This document shows, in pieces, positions 1 to 10,804 of a stretch of 64,000 bases of DNA; the first letter of the stretch is position 1, and the number at the start of each line of letters is the position of its first letter. Origin of the DNA: Gammaproteobacteria bacterium (GTDB lineage Bacteria > Pseudomonadota > Gammaproteobacteria > Steroidobacterales > Rariloculaceae). The notes under the pieces are model-generated. The model made no database searches. It had not been told where the DNA came from and was given only the letters and a program-made list of their open reading frames with translations. The DNA lies in NCBI GenBank assembly GCA_035513215.1, contig DATKCK010000015.1, positions 27,682 to 91,681 of the forward strand, given 5' to 3'. The translations under genes and the position numbers were made by a program.

Positions 1-2
1 CC

Positions 3-569
3 ACCAGCATCGGCCGCGTGACCGAGCAGAAGCTGGCACTGCTGCGCCAGGAGGTCGGCCGCACGGCGACCGCTCTCGATCGCGTGCTCGCGGTGCTCGA
101 TCCCGGCGTCCTGATACTGCTCGGCAGCGGGGACTCCGAGTACGAGCGCTTCCTCAAGCAGGCCATGCTGCGGCATCCGAACTTTCTCTTTCTCGAAGGG
201 TACTCGGACCGCCTGGCCGAGGCGCTGTACGCGGCCGGTGACGTCTTTCTGATGCCAAGCGTCTTCGAACCTTGCGGCATCAGCCAGATGCTGGCCATGG
301 GCGCGGGTCAGCCCTGCGTTGCCCACGCCGTCGGTGGCTTGCGCGATACGGTGACGAAGGCCAACGGCTTTCCGTTCGGCGGCGCGACGCCGCGACAGCA
401 GGCCCAGAATTTCGTTCGCCAGGTCGCCGCGGCCGTCAACACGAGGCTCGGCCGGCCCGAGAGATGGCTCGCCCTGACGAATGCCGCCCGGGGCGAGAGA
501 TTCACGTGGGATGCCAGCGCCGGCCGCTACCTGAGCGAGGTCTATGCCTTCGATAGCGTCACCGGCTGA
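3..569 (+). CDS. glgA: Glycogen synthase, C-terminal part (5' truncated by window edge)
   Basis: GT-B motifs LLGSGD, FLMPSVFEPCGISQM, AVGGLRDTV; frame open to the window edge; first gene of a glg cluster. Confidence 0.85.
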   Translation, partial: TSIGRVTEQKLALLRQEVGRTATALDRVLAVLDPGVLILLGSGDSEYERFLKQAMLRHPNFLFLEGYSDRLAEALYAAGDVFLMPSVFEPCGISQMLAMGAGQPCVAHAVGGLRDTVTKANGFPFGGATPRQQAQNFVRQVAAAVNTRLGRPERWLALTNAARGERFTWDASAGRYLSEVYAFDSVTG

Positions 570-2781
570 CAGCGAGCTCAACGCTGCCGCTTTGCTCGCA
601 AGGGGCGCGCACGCCGATCCTTTCGCGTTCCTCGGCCCGCACAGCGTCGGCGGCAAGCTTCGGATTCGCAGCTTTCAGCCGCAGGCCGATACAGTCGCGG
701 TTATCGGCGAGGACGGCACACCGCTCGCTGCCATGGCGCGGATAGGGCCGGGCGGGCTGTTCGCCGCGGATCTCGAGAACGGGCAGGCCGTCGCCGAACA
801 CTATCGGTTACGCCTCGGCACGAGCGGCGGAGAAGCTCGCGACGTCGAGGACCCGTACCGCTTTTCTTCCGCGCTCGGTGAGTTCGATCTGCACCTGATC
901 GGCGAAGGCTCGCATCATCTCCTTTATGATCGCCTCGGCGCGCATCGAATGCGGCATCGGGGGGTCGACGGTGTCCAGTTTGCCGTCTGGGCCCCGAACG
1001 CGGGCCGGGTCAGCGTCGTCGGCGATTTCAACGACTGGGACGGCCGGCGCCACTCGATGCGGCGCCACCCGTCGGTCGGGATCTGGGATATCTTCGTTCC
1101 CGGTGTTGCGCCCGGATCGAGGTACAAGTTCGAGTTGCTCGATGCGGCCGGGGCGCTGCTGCCGCTGAAGGCCGACCCCTTCGCTCGCTTCTCCGAGCAA
1201 GCGCCGGGCAATGCATCGATCGTCTTCGAAAGCGCGTACGAATGGCGCGACGGCGAGTGGCGCGCGGGCGGCACGGCGAGCCTCGGCTTCGACCGGCCCG
1301 TCAGCATCTACGAGGTGCACCTCGGGAGCTGGCGGCGCAAGGTCGAGGAGGGCGGACGGTGGCTCAGCTACGCCGAGCTCGCGGCCGAGCTCATTCCGTA
1401 TGTCCTTGACATGGGCTTCACGCACATCGAGCTCCTGCCGGTCAGCGAGCATCCGTTCGGCGGCTCGTGGGGCTATCAGCCCGTGGGGCTCTTTGCGCCG
1501 ACGTCGCGCTTCGGCTCACCGGACGATTTCCGCCGATTCGTCGACGAGTGCCATCGCAACGGGATCGGCGTCGTCCTCGACTGGGTCGGTGCTCACTTTC
1601 CCGGCGACGAGCACGGACTCGGACGTTTCGACGGCTCCGCGCTCTACGAGCATGAGGATCCGAGGCGCGGCGTGCACACCGACTGGCATACGCTGGTTTT
1701 CAACTACGGTCGCGCGGAAGTCGCGAATTACCTGATCGCCAATGCGCTCTACTGGATCCAGGAATTCCACGTCGACGCGCTCAGGCTCGATGCCGTGGCG
1801 TCGATGCTCTACCTCGACTACTCGCGCCGGGACGGCGAGTGGGTGCCGAATGAGCACGGCGGCAACGAGAATCTCGAGGCGATCGCATTTCTGCGCCGGC
1901 TCAACACGCTCGTTCATGCGGCCGGCGGGCTGACGATCGCCGAAGAGTCGACCGCCTGGCCCGCCGTAACCCGGCCGGTCGAGCACGCGGGACTCGGTTT
2001 CAGCTACAAGTGGAATATGGGCTGGATGAACGATACCTTGCGCTACGTCGCTGAAGATCCCGTCCATCGCAAATATCATCACGACCGGATGACGTTCAGC
2101 ATGGTCTACGCGTTCAACGAGAACTTCGTGCTGCCGCTATCGCACGACGAGGTCGTTCACGGCAAGCGCTCGATCATCGGGCGCATGCCGGGCGACGACT
2201 GGCAGCGGTTTGCCAATCTGCGCTGCTACTTCGGCTTCATGTTTGCCCACCCGGGAAAGAAGCTCCTGTTCATGGGCAGCGAGCTCGCGCAGCCGGACGA
2301 ATGGCATCACGACCACTCGCTCGACTGGCATCTGCTCGACCTGCCGATGCATGCCGGCGTTCAGAGGCTGGTCCGGGATCTGAACCGGCTCTATGCGGCG
2401 ACGGCGCCGCTTCACGAGATCGACTACGAGCCGGCGGGGTTCCGCTGGCTCAATTGCGACGACCGGGCAAGCAGCGTGTTCTCGCTCGCGCGACTCGATC
2501 GCAGCGGCCGGGTGCTCGTCGCGGTCAGCAATTTCACGCCGGTGGTCCGCGAGGAATACGCGCTCGGCGTTCCCGCTCCCGGAAAGTACATCGAGGTGCT
2601 CAACACCGACGCCGTCGAGTACGGCGGAGCGGGCGTCGGCAATCTCGGCGGAGTCGATGCCCGCAACGAGCCGCGGGATTGGCTCCCGGCAACGATGCGC
2701 TTACGATTGCCACCGCTGGCGACGGTATTTTTTTCTCAAGCCAATGAGTCCTCAATGATCGCGGAGTGCAGACACGGATGA
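544..2781 (+). CDS. glgB: 1,4-alpha-glucan branching enzyme
   Basis: GH13 motifs WGYQP, RLDAVASMLY, IAEEST, LSHDEVVHGK, HPGKKLLFMG. Confidence 0.97.
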   Translation: MPSIASPADSELNAAALLARGAHADPFAFLGPHSVGGKLRIRSFQPQADTVAVIGEDGTPLAAMARIGPGGLFAADLENGQAVAEHYRLRLGTSGGEARDVEDPYRFSSALGEFDLHLIGEGSHHLLYDRLGAHRMRHRGVDGVQFAVWAPNAGRVSVVGDFNDWDGRRHSMRRHPSVGIWDIFVPGVAPGSRYKFELLDAAGALLPLKADPFARFSEQAPGNASIVFESAYEWRDGEWRAGGTASLGFDRPVSIYEVHLGSWRRKVEEGGRWLSYAELAAELIPYVLDMGFTHIELLPVSEHPFGGSWGYQPVGLFAPTSRFGSPDDFRRFVDECHRNGIGVVLDWVGAHFPGDEHGLGRFDGSALYEHEDPRRGVHTDWHTLVFNYGRAEVANYLIANALYWIQEFHVDALRLDAVASMLYLDYSRRDGEWVPNEHGGNENLEAIAFLRRLNTLVHAAGGLTIAEESTAWPAVTRPVEHAGLGFSYKWNMGWMNDTLRYVAEDPVHRKYHHDRMTFSMVYAFNENFVLPLSHDEVVHGKRSIIGRMPGDDWQRFANLRCYFGFMFAHPGKKLLFMGSELAQPDEWHHDHSLDWHLLDLPMHAGVQRLVRDLNRLYAATAPLHEIDYEPAGFRWLNCDDRASSVFSLARLDRSGRVLVAVSNFTPVVREEYALGVPAPGKYIEVLNTDAVEYGGAGVGNLGGVDARNEPRDWLPATMRLRLPPLATVFFSQANESSMIAECRHG

Positions 2782-5270
2782 CTGCGACTGGCGAAAGCAG
2801 CGCGGTGAGAAGCCGGATCCTGACGGCACCGCCGTTGCCGATGGACACGGATGCCATCGTGCGGGACTTCACGCACTATTTTCGGCATACGCTCGGGCGC
2901 ACCGTTTTGGCGCACGATTCGCCTTTCGTCTATCGCGCGCTCGTGCTCACGCTGCGGGATCGCCTCGTAGAGCGGCTCAACCGCACCATGCTCGACGTCG
3001 ACACGCGGGGCAGCCGGCAGGCCTGCTATCTGTCGCTCGAGTATCTGATGGGGAGGCTGTTGCGCAACGCCGTCCTGAATCTCGGGCTCGAGGAGGCCTG
3101 TACGCAGGCCTTCGACCGTCTCGGGCTCTCGTACGCGGACGTGCTCGAGTCCGAGCACGATACCGGGCTCGGCAACGGCGGCCTCGGCCGCCTGGCGGCG
3201 TGCTTCCTCGATAGCTGCGCGACGCTGCAATTGCCCGTCATCGGTTACGGCCTGCGCTACCGCTATGGCATGTTCCGGCAGCTGATCGAGAATGGCCGCC
3301 AGGTCGAGGAGCCGGACAACTGGCTCGACGACGGATTTCCGTGGGAAATCGGGCGCATCGAGCTGACCCAGCGGGTCCGGTTCGGAGGGCGAACCGAGCA
3401 GTATGTGGACAGCACCGGCGCGCCGCGTTACCGCTGGGTCGATACTCACGACGTGCTGGCCGTGCCGTTCGACGTGCCGATCCCGGGCTACAGAAACGAC
3501 TGCGTCAACATGCTAAGGCTCTGGCGGGCCAAGGCGACCGATGCGTTCGATCTCGACGAGTTCAACGCCGGGAGCTACGCCGATTCGGTGGCGGCCAAGA
3601 CGGCGGCCGAGAACATCACGATGGTGCTCTATCCGAACGCGAGCAGCGAGAGCGGGCGGGAGCTCAGGCTGCGGCAGCAGTATTTTCTCGCCTCGGCGAG
3701 CCTGCAGGACCGCATCCGCCACTGGACCGAGAGCCGCGGCCGCGACTTCGCGGGCTTCGAGGATCAGTTCTGCTTTCAGCTCAACGACACGCATCCGGCA
3801 ATCGCCGTGGCCGAGCTCATGCGCATTCTCCTCGACGACTACGGGCTGCCCTGGGAGCGGGCCTTCGAAATCACGCAGAAGACGATGGCGTACACGAATC
3901 ATACGCTTCTGCCGGAGGCGCTCGAGACCTGGCCCGTCGCTACGCTCGAGCGCCTGCTGCCGCGCCTTTTGGGCATCATCGCCGAGATCAACGCGCAATT
4001 CCTGACCGAGGTCCGCAAGCGCTGGCCCGGCGACGAGGAGAAATTGCGCGCGATGTCGCTGATCGGTGAGGGGCCGGTGCCGCAAGTCCGCATGGCCTAT
4101 CTCGCGATCGTCGGCAGCTTCTCGGTCAACGGTGTCGCCGAGCTTCACTCGAAGCTGTTGCGCGAGGGCCTGTTTCGCGATTTCGCGCAGTTCGAGCCTG
4201 CGAAGTTCAATTCCAAGACCAACGGCGTGACACCGCGCCGCTGGCTCGCGGCCTGCAATCCCGCGCTTGCGGCCCTGATCACGGAGACGATTGGCGAAGG
4301 CTGGGTAACGGATCTCGGGCGCCTCGGCGAGCTCGCGGGGCATGCCGACGATCCCGGGTTCCGCGCACGCTGGCGCCAGGTCAAACACGCGAACAAGCAG
4401 CAGCTTTGCCGGTTCATCGAATCGCGCACGGGTATCGCGCTCGATCCGGGCATGCTGTTCGACGTTCAGGTCAAGCGCATCCACGAATACAAGCGCCAAG
4501 CGCTGAACGTCCTCCACGCGATCAACCTCTACGATCGAATCAAGCGCCGCGACGCGCCGGACTTCGTGCCACGGGCCATCGTGATCGGCGGCAAGGCGGC
4601 GCCGGGCTATCACATGGCGAAAGAGATCATCAAGTTCGCCAGTAACGTGGCGGCCGTCATCAACTCGGATCCGGATACGCGGGGCAGGCTGCGCTGCGTC
4701 TTTGTGCCCGACTACAACGTGTCGGCGATGGAGCTGATCTGTCCGGCAGCCGACCTCTCCTCGCAGATCTCGACGGCCGGCAAGGAGGCGTCCGGAACGG
4801 GCAACATGAAGCTGATGATGAACGGGGCGGTCACGATCGGCACGCTCGACGGCGCCAATGTCGAGATTCTCGAAGCCGTCGGTAGGCAAAATTTCTTCCA
4901 GTTCGGCCTGACGGTCGAAGAGATCGAGTCGATGCGCGGAAGCTACGACCCGGAATCGATCATCGCAGCCGATGAGGACCTCGCGCGCGTCTTCCATCTG
5001 ATAGTAAGCGCGACATTCAACGCGTCGGAGCCTGGTATCTTCGACGGCGTCGTCGGCGCGATGCGCGAGCGCCACGATCCCTGGATGACGGTCGCCGATG
5101 CCCCCGCGTTCTTTGCCGCGCACGAAGCCGCGGCCGCGAAGTTCAGAGACGTCGAGGACTGGACTCGCATGAGCATTCTGAATACGGCCGCATCGGGCCG
5201 GTTTTCCTCGGACCGGACGATAAGAGCGTACAACGAGGAAATATGGCGGCTGGAGCCGCTCGGTCCTTGA
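2778..5270 (+). CDS. glgP: Glycogen/starch phosphorylase
   Basis: GLGNGGLGRLAACFLDS, QLNDTHP, KRIHEYKRQ, PLP-lysine motif EASGTGNMK; ATG 2778 overlaps the glgB stop (ATGA); ORF track starts at GTG 2766. Confidence 0.97.
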   Translation: MTATGESSAVRSRILTAPPLPMDTDAIVRDFTHYFRHTLGRTVLAHDSPFVYRALVLTLRDRLVERLNRTMLDVDTRGSRQACYLSLEYLMGRLLRNAVLNLGLEEACTQAFDRLGLSYADVLESEHDTGLGNGGLGRLAACFLDSCATLQLPVIGYGLRYRYGMFRQLIENGRQVEEPDNWLDDGFPWEIGRIELTQRVRFGGRTEQYVDSTGAPRYRWVDTHDVLAVPFDVPIPGYRNDCVNMLRLWRAKATDAFDLDEFNAGSYADSVAAKTAAENITMVLYPNASSESGRELRLRQQYFLASASLQDRIRHWTESRGRDFAGFEDQFCFQLNDTHPAIAVAELMRILLDDYGLPWERAFEITQKTMAYTNHTLLPEALETWPVATLERLLPRLLGIIAEINAQFLTEVRKRWPGDEEKLRAMSLIGEGPVPQVRMAYLAIVGSFSVNGVAELHSKLLREGLFRDFAQFEPAKFNSKTNGVTPRRWLAACNPALAALITETIGEGWVTDLGRLGELAGHADDPGFRARWRQVKHANKQQLCRFIESRTGIALDPGMLFDVQVKRIHEYKRQALNVLHAINLYDRIKRRDAPDFVPRAIVIGGKAAPGYHMAKEIIKFASNVAAVINSDPDTRGRLRCVFVPDYNVSAMELICPAADLSSQISTAGKEASGTGNMKLMMNGAVTIGTLDGANVEILEAVGRQNFFQFGLTVEEIESMRGSYDPESIIAADEDLARVFHLIVSATFNASEPGIFDGVVGAMRERHDPWMTVADAPAFFAAHEAAAAKFRDVEDWTRMSILNTAASGRFSSDRTIRAYNEEIWRLEPLGP

Positions 5271-7339
5271 TCGAACCGGGCTCCCCGGACCCGCTCGGGG
5301 CGCGGGTTCTCGATGGCGGAACCAACTTCGCCGTGTACGCGGACGGCGCATCGCGCGTGGAGCTTTGTCTCCTCGATGCGGCGGGACAGGAAACGCGGCG
5401 CTACGACCTGCCGGCCGAGACCGGCGGCACCTGGCACGGATTCGTTCCGGGGATCGCCGCCGGGCAGCGCTACGGCTTCCGCGCCCACGGACCCTATGAA
5501 CCCGAGGCGGGCCTGCGCTTCAATCCGAGTAAGCTGCTCGTCGATCCGTACGCCCGCGCGCTGTCGGGGCAGCTCGTCTGGTGCGACGCCCTGTTCGATT
5601 ACGATCCCGAAGCTTCCCGGGAGCGTCTCGTTCCGAGCAAGGAGGACAGCGCCCGCTTCGTGCCGAAGGCCGTCGTCACAGCGCCGCCGGCCGCGCGCGC
5701 GACACGGTGCCGCGTACCGTGGAGCGATACGCTGATCTACGAGCTGAACGTGCGCGGTCTGACAATGCGCCATCCCGCCGTCGGCATCGCCGATCGCGGG
5801 CGGTTCGGCGCGCTCGCGAGCCGGCCGCTGCTCGAGCATTTCCGGGCGCTCGGCATCACGTCGGTCGAGCTGCTGCCGATCCAGGCATTCGTCGACGAGA
5901 ACCTCCTGCGTCTGAAGGGCCTCAGAAATTTCTGGGGCTACAACACGCTGGCCTACTTTGCGCCCGAGCCACGATACCTCGGCCGCGACGGCGCCGCGGG
6001 CCTGAAGCGGGTCATCGACCGGCTGCACGGCGCCAACATCGAGGTGCTGCTCGACGTCGTCTACAATCACACCGCCGAGGGCGGACGGCTCGGACCGACA
6101 CTGAGCTTCCGCGGGCTCGCCAATGCCTCTTACTATCGTCTCGTCGACGGCAACCTCGGTGAGTATGTCAACGATACCGGTTGCGGCAACACGATCGATG
6201 GCGACGAGCCGATTGTCCGCCGCCTGATCGTCGACAACCTGAGCTACTGGGTGACGGAGTTCGGGATCGACGGGTTTCGATTCGATCTCGCGAGCGTTCT
6301 CGGCCGCACGCGCGAAGGTTTCGTCGCTCGGCACCCGCTCTTCGCCGAGATCCGCGATGCGCCTGCGCTCAAGGACGTCAAGCTCATCGCAGAGCCGTGG
6401 GACCTCGGTCCGGGCGGATACCGGCTCGGCGGCTTCCCGCTGCAATGGGCCGAATGGAACGATCAGTATCGCGATACCGTGCGGCGCTTCTGGTGCCGCG
6501 AACCCGGGCAGGCGCCGAGTCTTGCGCGCCGCGTTCACGGGTCCTCGGATATCTTCGAGCCGAGTGGTCGAGGGCCCGCGGCCAGCATCAACTTCGTGGC
6601 CAGCCACGACGGATTCACGACAGCCGATCTCGTCACCTACGCCGAGCGCCACAATGAAGCGAATGGCGAGGACAACTGCGACGGCCATCGGCACAATTTC
6701 AGCGAGAATCACGGTATCGAGGGCGCTACCGACAATCCCGTCGTCCTTGCCGTCAGGCGGCGGCACCGGCTCAATCTGCTAGCGACGCTGCTGTTCTCGC
6801 AGGGCACGCCGATGCTGCTCGCGGGCGATGAGCTCGGCAACTCGCAGTCGGGCAACAACAACGCTTACGCGCAGGACAACGAGATCGGCTGGCTCGACTG
6901 GTCAGCGCTGACGGCCGATCCCGGATTCTTTGCCGAGGTCTGCGAGCTCGCCCGGGTTCGGCGCGAGCTCGCGCTGCTGCGCCAGTCCGAGTACCGGCAC
7001 GGCGAGCCGTCGGCAGCCACGGGCCGCCCCAACTTCGAGTGGTTCGATGCCGAAAGCGGCACGATCGCCGAGGCGGAATGGCCCTGGATCACGGCGCTCG
7101 GCGCGCTCGTGTCGTTGCCGGATGAGATGACGAAGGCAGAAGATCGCGTGCTCGCCGTAGCGCTCCTGTTCAACGCGAGCGAGACCGACTACGAGTTCTC
7201 GCTGCCGCCGATCGCGGGCAGAGGCGAATGGGTCTGCCGCTATTCGAGCGCCGGCGGCAGGCCAAAGGCGATATCAGGCAACCGCTTCCGCGTCGCCGGC
7301 TTCAGCCTCGCGTGCCTTGGTTATCAGTCGTTGACCTGA
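5267..7339 (+). CDS. glgX: Glycogen debranching enzyme (isoamylase)
   Basis: [44 protein letters not shown]; TTG 5267 overlaps the glgP stop (TTGA). Confidence 0.95.
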   Translation: MIEPGSPDPLGARVLDGGTNFAVYADGASRVELCLLDAAGQETRRYDLPAETGGTWHGFVPGIAAGQRYGFRAHGPYEPEAGLRFNPSKLLVDPYARALSGQLVWCDALFDYDPEASRERLVPSKEDSARFVPKAVVTAPPAARATRCRVPWSDTLIYELNVRGLTMRHPAVGIADRGRFGALASRPLLEHFRALGITSVELLPIQAFVDENLLRLKGLRNFWGYNTLAYFAPEPRYLGRDGAAGLKRVIDRLHGANIEVLLDVVYNHTAEGGRLGPTLSFRGLANASYYRLVDGNLGEYVNDTGCGNTIDGDEPIVRRLIVDNLSYWVTEFGIDGFRFDLASVLGRTREGFVARHPLFAEIRDAPALKDVKLIAEPWDLGPGGYRLGGFPLQWAEWNDQYRDTVRRFWCREPGQAPSLARRVHGSSDIFEPSGRGPAASINFVASHDGFTTADLVTYAERHNEANGEDNCDGHRHNFSENHGIEGATDNPVVLAVRRRHRLNLLATLLFSQGTPMLLAGDELGNSQSGNNNAYAQDNEIGWLDWSALTADPGFFAEVCELARVRRELALLRQSEYRHGEPSAATGRPNFEWFDAESGTIAEAEWPWITALGALVSLPDEMTKAEDRVLAVALLFNASETDYEFSLPPIAGRGEWVCRYSSAGGRPKAISGNRFRVAGFSLACLGYQSLT

Positions 7340-7728
7340 TCGGTACGGCGCCGGAACAGCTCCTCGCCGCTGTCGCGCGTGACCGAGTTGCTGTTGACGA
7401 CGTGCGGATCCTTGCGCGCGCGCGTTGCCTCGACGGTCACGACGTCACCGATCTTGAGCGTGTCGTGCCGCCAGCCCTGGCGCATCAGCACGTTGGCGCT
7501 GACGAGCTCGATGTTCCAGTCGACGGGCGTGTCGTCCTCCATGGCGGGGTCGGGACCCGTGACGTAGAAACGCGCGTGCGGATTCGACCACTCGATGTCC
7601 GTCACCGTCCCCGTGAACGTGACCTCCTGGTTGCGATCGAACTGGGCCGCGTATGAATGGTGAGCATTGGCGGCTGCAGCCCCGAGCACGCAAACGGCAG
7701 TGGCTAGAAGAGTCAACAGGGATTTCAT
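7324..7728 (-). CDS. DUF6152-like exported protein
   Basis: Signal peptide followed by AHHSYAAQFD...GTV..IEWSNPH pattern; AAGGAG Shine-Dalgarno upstream of ATG 7728. Confidence 0.75.
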   Translation of the reverse strand: MKSLLTLLATAVCVLGAAAANAHHSYAAQFDRNQEVTFTGTVTDIEWSNPHARFYVTGPDPAMEDDTPVDWNIELVSANVLMRQGWRHDTLKIGDVVTVEATRARKDPHVVNSNSVTRDSGEELFRRRTDQVND

Positions 7729-7759
7729 TGGATACTCCTTGTACATTCCTGGTCCGTTC

Positions 7760-8608
7760 CTAGTCGTAGTACTCGACCGACTGCTCGTTCTCGATGCAGA
7801 CGAACTCGATCAGGCTCGTGTCGACCATGATCTGCTGATTGACCCTGACGGTGAAGGGCTCCGTGTACGCGACGGGATCCTCGATCGTGACGTCGATCTC
7901 GAGCCTGCCGAAGGTCGGCCGCCGAAAGCGCTCGGTGATCGTCCCCTGGCTCGTGAACGGGCTGCCGTTGACGTCGAGCCAGCCGTCATCCTTCATGTGA
8001 GTCGTGACGACGACAAGCTCGTCGCCTTCCCAGTGCCCCGTCGAGTAGCCGTACCACCAGGGCAGCGGATTGTTGTCGGGACTCGGACGGCCGTCGAGGT
8101 GAATCTGGCGGATCCCGCCGTTGCCCTCGTAGAGCATGACGATCTGGTCCTCGGTCTGGATCATCTCGCGCGGCTGCGGATGCAGATGGAACTGCAGGTG
8201 GCCCATCGGCAGGCAGTGCGCGTCGGGATTGTCCTGCATGTTCCGGGCCATGCGTTGCTCTTTGGTCTCGCGTCCCCACTCCGTAAACGGCGCGCCGCCT
8301 TCGATATTGCGGGCGACATCTCCGAAGGTGGCAACGGGTGGGGAGTCGGATGGAGTCTGCTCGGCATTGGCATCAAGGCCCTGCCCCGGTGGTCCGCCGC
8401 GGCCGCCGAAGTTGAAACGCGCCGCCCAGACCCCGGTGAAGTCGATGTGCCCGTCCGCCGTGCGCGGCGGCGGCGCATCCATGTCGACCTCGCCATCGGG
8501 CGTGCGCGGCACGTCGCGCGTCGGCCAGGCGGGCCATTGCGCGCCGGCGGGCCAGGCTATGGCCAAAAGCAAAGCGGCCAGGCCGATTGCGCGAAAGATC
8601 CGAGTCAT
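7760..8608 (-). CDS. Exported hypothetical protein (DFTGVW...CLPMG...GYSTGHWEGDELVV...TERFRR...DP..YTEP type, a typical DUF6152 neighbour)
   Basis: Signal peptide MTRIFRAIGLAALLLAIAWPAGA; coding-like codon usage; co-oriented with DUF6152; start chosen at ATG 8608. Confidence 0.75.
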   Translation of the reverse strand: MTRIFRAIGLAALLLAIAWPAGAQWPAWPTRDVPRTPDGEVDMDAPPPRTADGHIDFTGVWAARFNFGGRGGPPGQGLDANAEQTPSDSPPVATFGDVARNIEGGAPFTEWGRETKEQRMARNMQDNPDAHCLPMGHLQFHLHPQPREMIQTEDQIVMLYEGNGGIRQIHLDGRPSPDNNPLPWWYGYSTGHWEGDELVVVTTHMKDDGWLDVNGSPFTSQGTITERFRRPTFGRLEIDVTIEDPVAYTEPFTVRVNQQIMVDTSLIEFVCIENEQSVEYYD

Positions 8609-8701
8609 AGCCCCCCCGTCCAAAGTCTTATCGGCGAAAAAATACAGGAATTGGCTTTTCAGAGCCATAAACGAAAGAAAATTTCAGGCTCGCGCGGACG
8701 A

Positions 8702-10804
8702 TCAGTCCGGCAGGGCGAAGACCCAGATCGCTGCGCCGCGGTTCGGCGGGCTCTGAAGCTCCGGCACGAGCGGCACAAAGCTGCCGGCATGGAAGCCGCC
8801 CTGACCGACCGGGATCGCGACGAACTGGCGCCCGTTGACGCTGTAGCTGATCGGGCTCGAGCTCGAGACGTCGTTGAGACGGGTCTCCCAGAGCAGGTCA
8901 CCGTTCTTTGCATCGTGGGCGCGAAACGCGCGATCGAGGGACGCGGCGAACACGAGTCCGCCGGCCGTTGCGAGCACGCCCGCTGTTTGCGGCGCGCGCT
9001 GCCGAGCCACCCAGACGTTCTCGCCCGTGGCGAGGTCGATGGCCTGGAGCCGGCCGAACAAGCCGTCGCTGTCGGGACGCGGGCGTATGCCCCAGTTGAC
9101 GCCGGACGAAAGCGCGCCGCGGCCTCCGCCGGGCACCGGGAAGACGTCCATGCAGGCTTCGTTCAGCGGCACGTAGAGAACACCGCTTTGCTGGTCGAAC
9201 GAGGCCGGCTGAAAGTTCTTCGCGCCCGCGCCGTGAGGACAGACGAGCGCCACGCGTCCGGCGCCGGGCAGCACGTCGCGATTGATCGTCTTGGCGCCGG
9301 TTCGCGTGTCGATCTCCGCGACGATGTTCTGCAGTCCCAGATCGATCGCGAACAGAAACTCGCCGGTCCCGGCGTCGACGCCCTCGTAGATGCCGATTTT
9401 TCCGGCCGTCAGCGAAACGCGCCGCTCGCGGCCGCCGATCTCGAGATCGACGATCTGCCGCTCGAACGCCCAGTCGAGATCCCACTGATCGTTCGGAAAG
9501 TGCTGAAACGCCCAGACGAGCTCGCCCGTCGCGGGCTCGATCGCGAGCGTCGCGTTCGTGTAGAGCGCGTCGTTCGTCGTGGCCGGGTCGTCGTCGGGAA
9601 CGAGCAACGGGCCCGTGTCGTAGGTGTTGCCGGTGCCGAAGTAGGCAAGGCCCGTTAGCGGATCGTAGCTGCCCGCCGTCCAGACCGATGCGCCGGTGCG
9701 CTCGTCCCAGGCTAAGCCGTTCCAGCTATCGCCGCCCGGCTCTCCCGGCTTCGGTATCGTTCCGACGCGCCAGCGGATCTCGCCCGTCGCCGCGTCGAGG
9801 CCGACGATCTGCGGGCCGCCGCGCTTGCCGCCGACGCCGGTCGCCGTCGTGCCGATCATGACCATGCCTTCGGCGACCAGCGGGCCGCCGTTCATCGTCT
9901 CGTTCTGCGAGAAGTCGGCGACACGAGTATCCCAGACGGGCTCGCCCGTCTGAACGTCGAGCGCGACGACGTGAGTATCCGAGGTGCCGATGAAGATCCG
10001 TTCGCCGTGCAGGGCGAGGGCACGCTTGTGGAACGGCGAGGCGCCGCTCTCGAGCCGGTGCCGATACTCCCAGAGCAGGTCGCCGGTCGCGGCATCGAGC
10101 GCCTGGACGATATCGCCGTAGCCGTAAACGAACATCGTGCCGTCGCGAACGAGCGGCACGTTCTCGTTCGAGCCCGCCGGCATCGTCCAGCTCCAGACGA
10201 GCCTCAAATCCTCGACGTTGCCGGCGTCGATCTCGTCGAGCGGACTGAAGCCGTGGGCGTCGTAGCTTCGGCGCCAGGTCAGCCAGTCGCCGGCGGGCGG
10301 GTCGATGATCGCGGCGTCGGTGACGGGCCTGAAGTCGTCGAGCGGGCTCGGCAGGTCGACGGCGGGATTGGCCGTGTAGGGCGAGAACGCCATGAAGCTG
10401 AATCCGCCGGCCGGCACCATCATGCTCGCGAGCGCCGCCGGGCCCGAGGGCAACGGCGATTCGCCGGGGACGATGCTGTTCTCCCTCAGCATGAACGCGA
10501 CGAGGTTGGCGTAGTCGGCCGGCGCGAGCGAACCGGGGCTTTGCTGGGGCATCGTCGTTTGCGTCACATCGAAGAGCACGACGGCGCTTTTGCCCCCGTA
10601 CTTCTGCATGAACTGCGGGCCCTTCAGCGAGGAACCGAGCGGGCCGTCGTCGAGGTTGGCACCGTGGCAGGCGACGCAGGCACTGGCATAGAGCGCGGCG
10701 CCGGCCTCGGCCTGTGCGATCGTGAACGACAGCGCCGTTTCCTGCGCCTTCGCCTGCCCGAGCAGCACGCCGATCGATGCCAGAGCCAGCGAGCCTCTGA
10801 TCAG
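8702..10804 (-). CDS. PQQ-dependent dehydrogenase-like beta-propeller with N-terminal cytochrome c domain
   Basis: CVACHG heme motif; [18 protein letters not shown]...NV..L...W; repeated Trp-docking blades; PNDQWDLD; LATAGGLVF. Start uncertain: CTG 10804 or ATG 10927. Confidence 0.85.
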   Translation of the reverse strand: MIRGSLALASIGVLLGQAKAQETALSFTIAQAEAGAALYASACVACHGANLDDGPLGSSLKGPQFMQKYGGKSAVVLFDVTQTTMPQQSPGSLAPADYANLVAFMLRENSIVPGESPLPSGPAALASMMVPAGGFSFMAFSPYTANPAVDLPSPLDDFRPVTDAAIIDPPAGDWLTWRRSYDAHGFSPLDEIDAGNVEDLRLVWSWTMPAGSNENVPLVRDGTMFVYGYGDIVQALDAATGDLLWEYRHRLESGASPFHKRALALHGERIFIGTSDTHVVALDVQTGEPVWDTRVADFSQNETMNGGPLVAEGMVMIGTTATGVGGKRGGPQIVGLDAATGEIRWRVGTIPKPGEPGGDSWNGLAWDERTGASVWTAGSYDPLTGLAYFGTGNTYDTGPLLVPDDDPATTNDALYTNATLAIEPATGELVWAFQHFPNDQWDLDWAFERQIVDLEIGGRERRVSLTAGKIGIYEGVDAGTGEFLFAIDLGLQNIVAEIDTRTGAKTINRDVLPGAGRVALVCPHGAGAKNFQPASFDQQSGVLYVPLNEACMDVFPVPGGGRGALSSGVNWGIRPRPDSDGLFGRLQAIDLATGENVWVARQRAPQTAGVLATAGGLVFAASLDRAFRAHDAKNGDLLWETRLNDVSSSSPISYSVNGRQFVAIPVGQGGFHAGSFVPLVPELQSPPNRGAAIWVFALPD

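Noticed and set aside
3513-5351. Long antisense ORFs (612 aa here; also 4943-6766, 7667-9658, 18562-20697, 24480-26738, 37622-39523, 53978-55204)
   Set aside because: They mirror well-supported genes on the opposite strand. High GC3 suppresses antisense stops, and the translations show no recognisable motifs.
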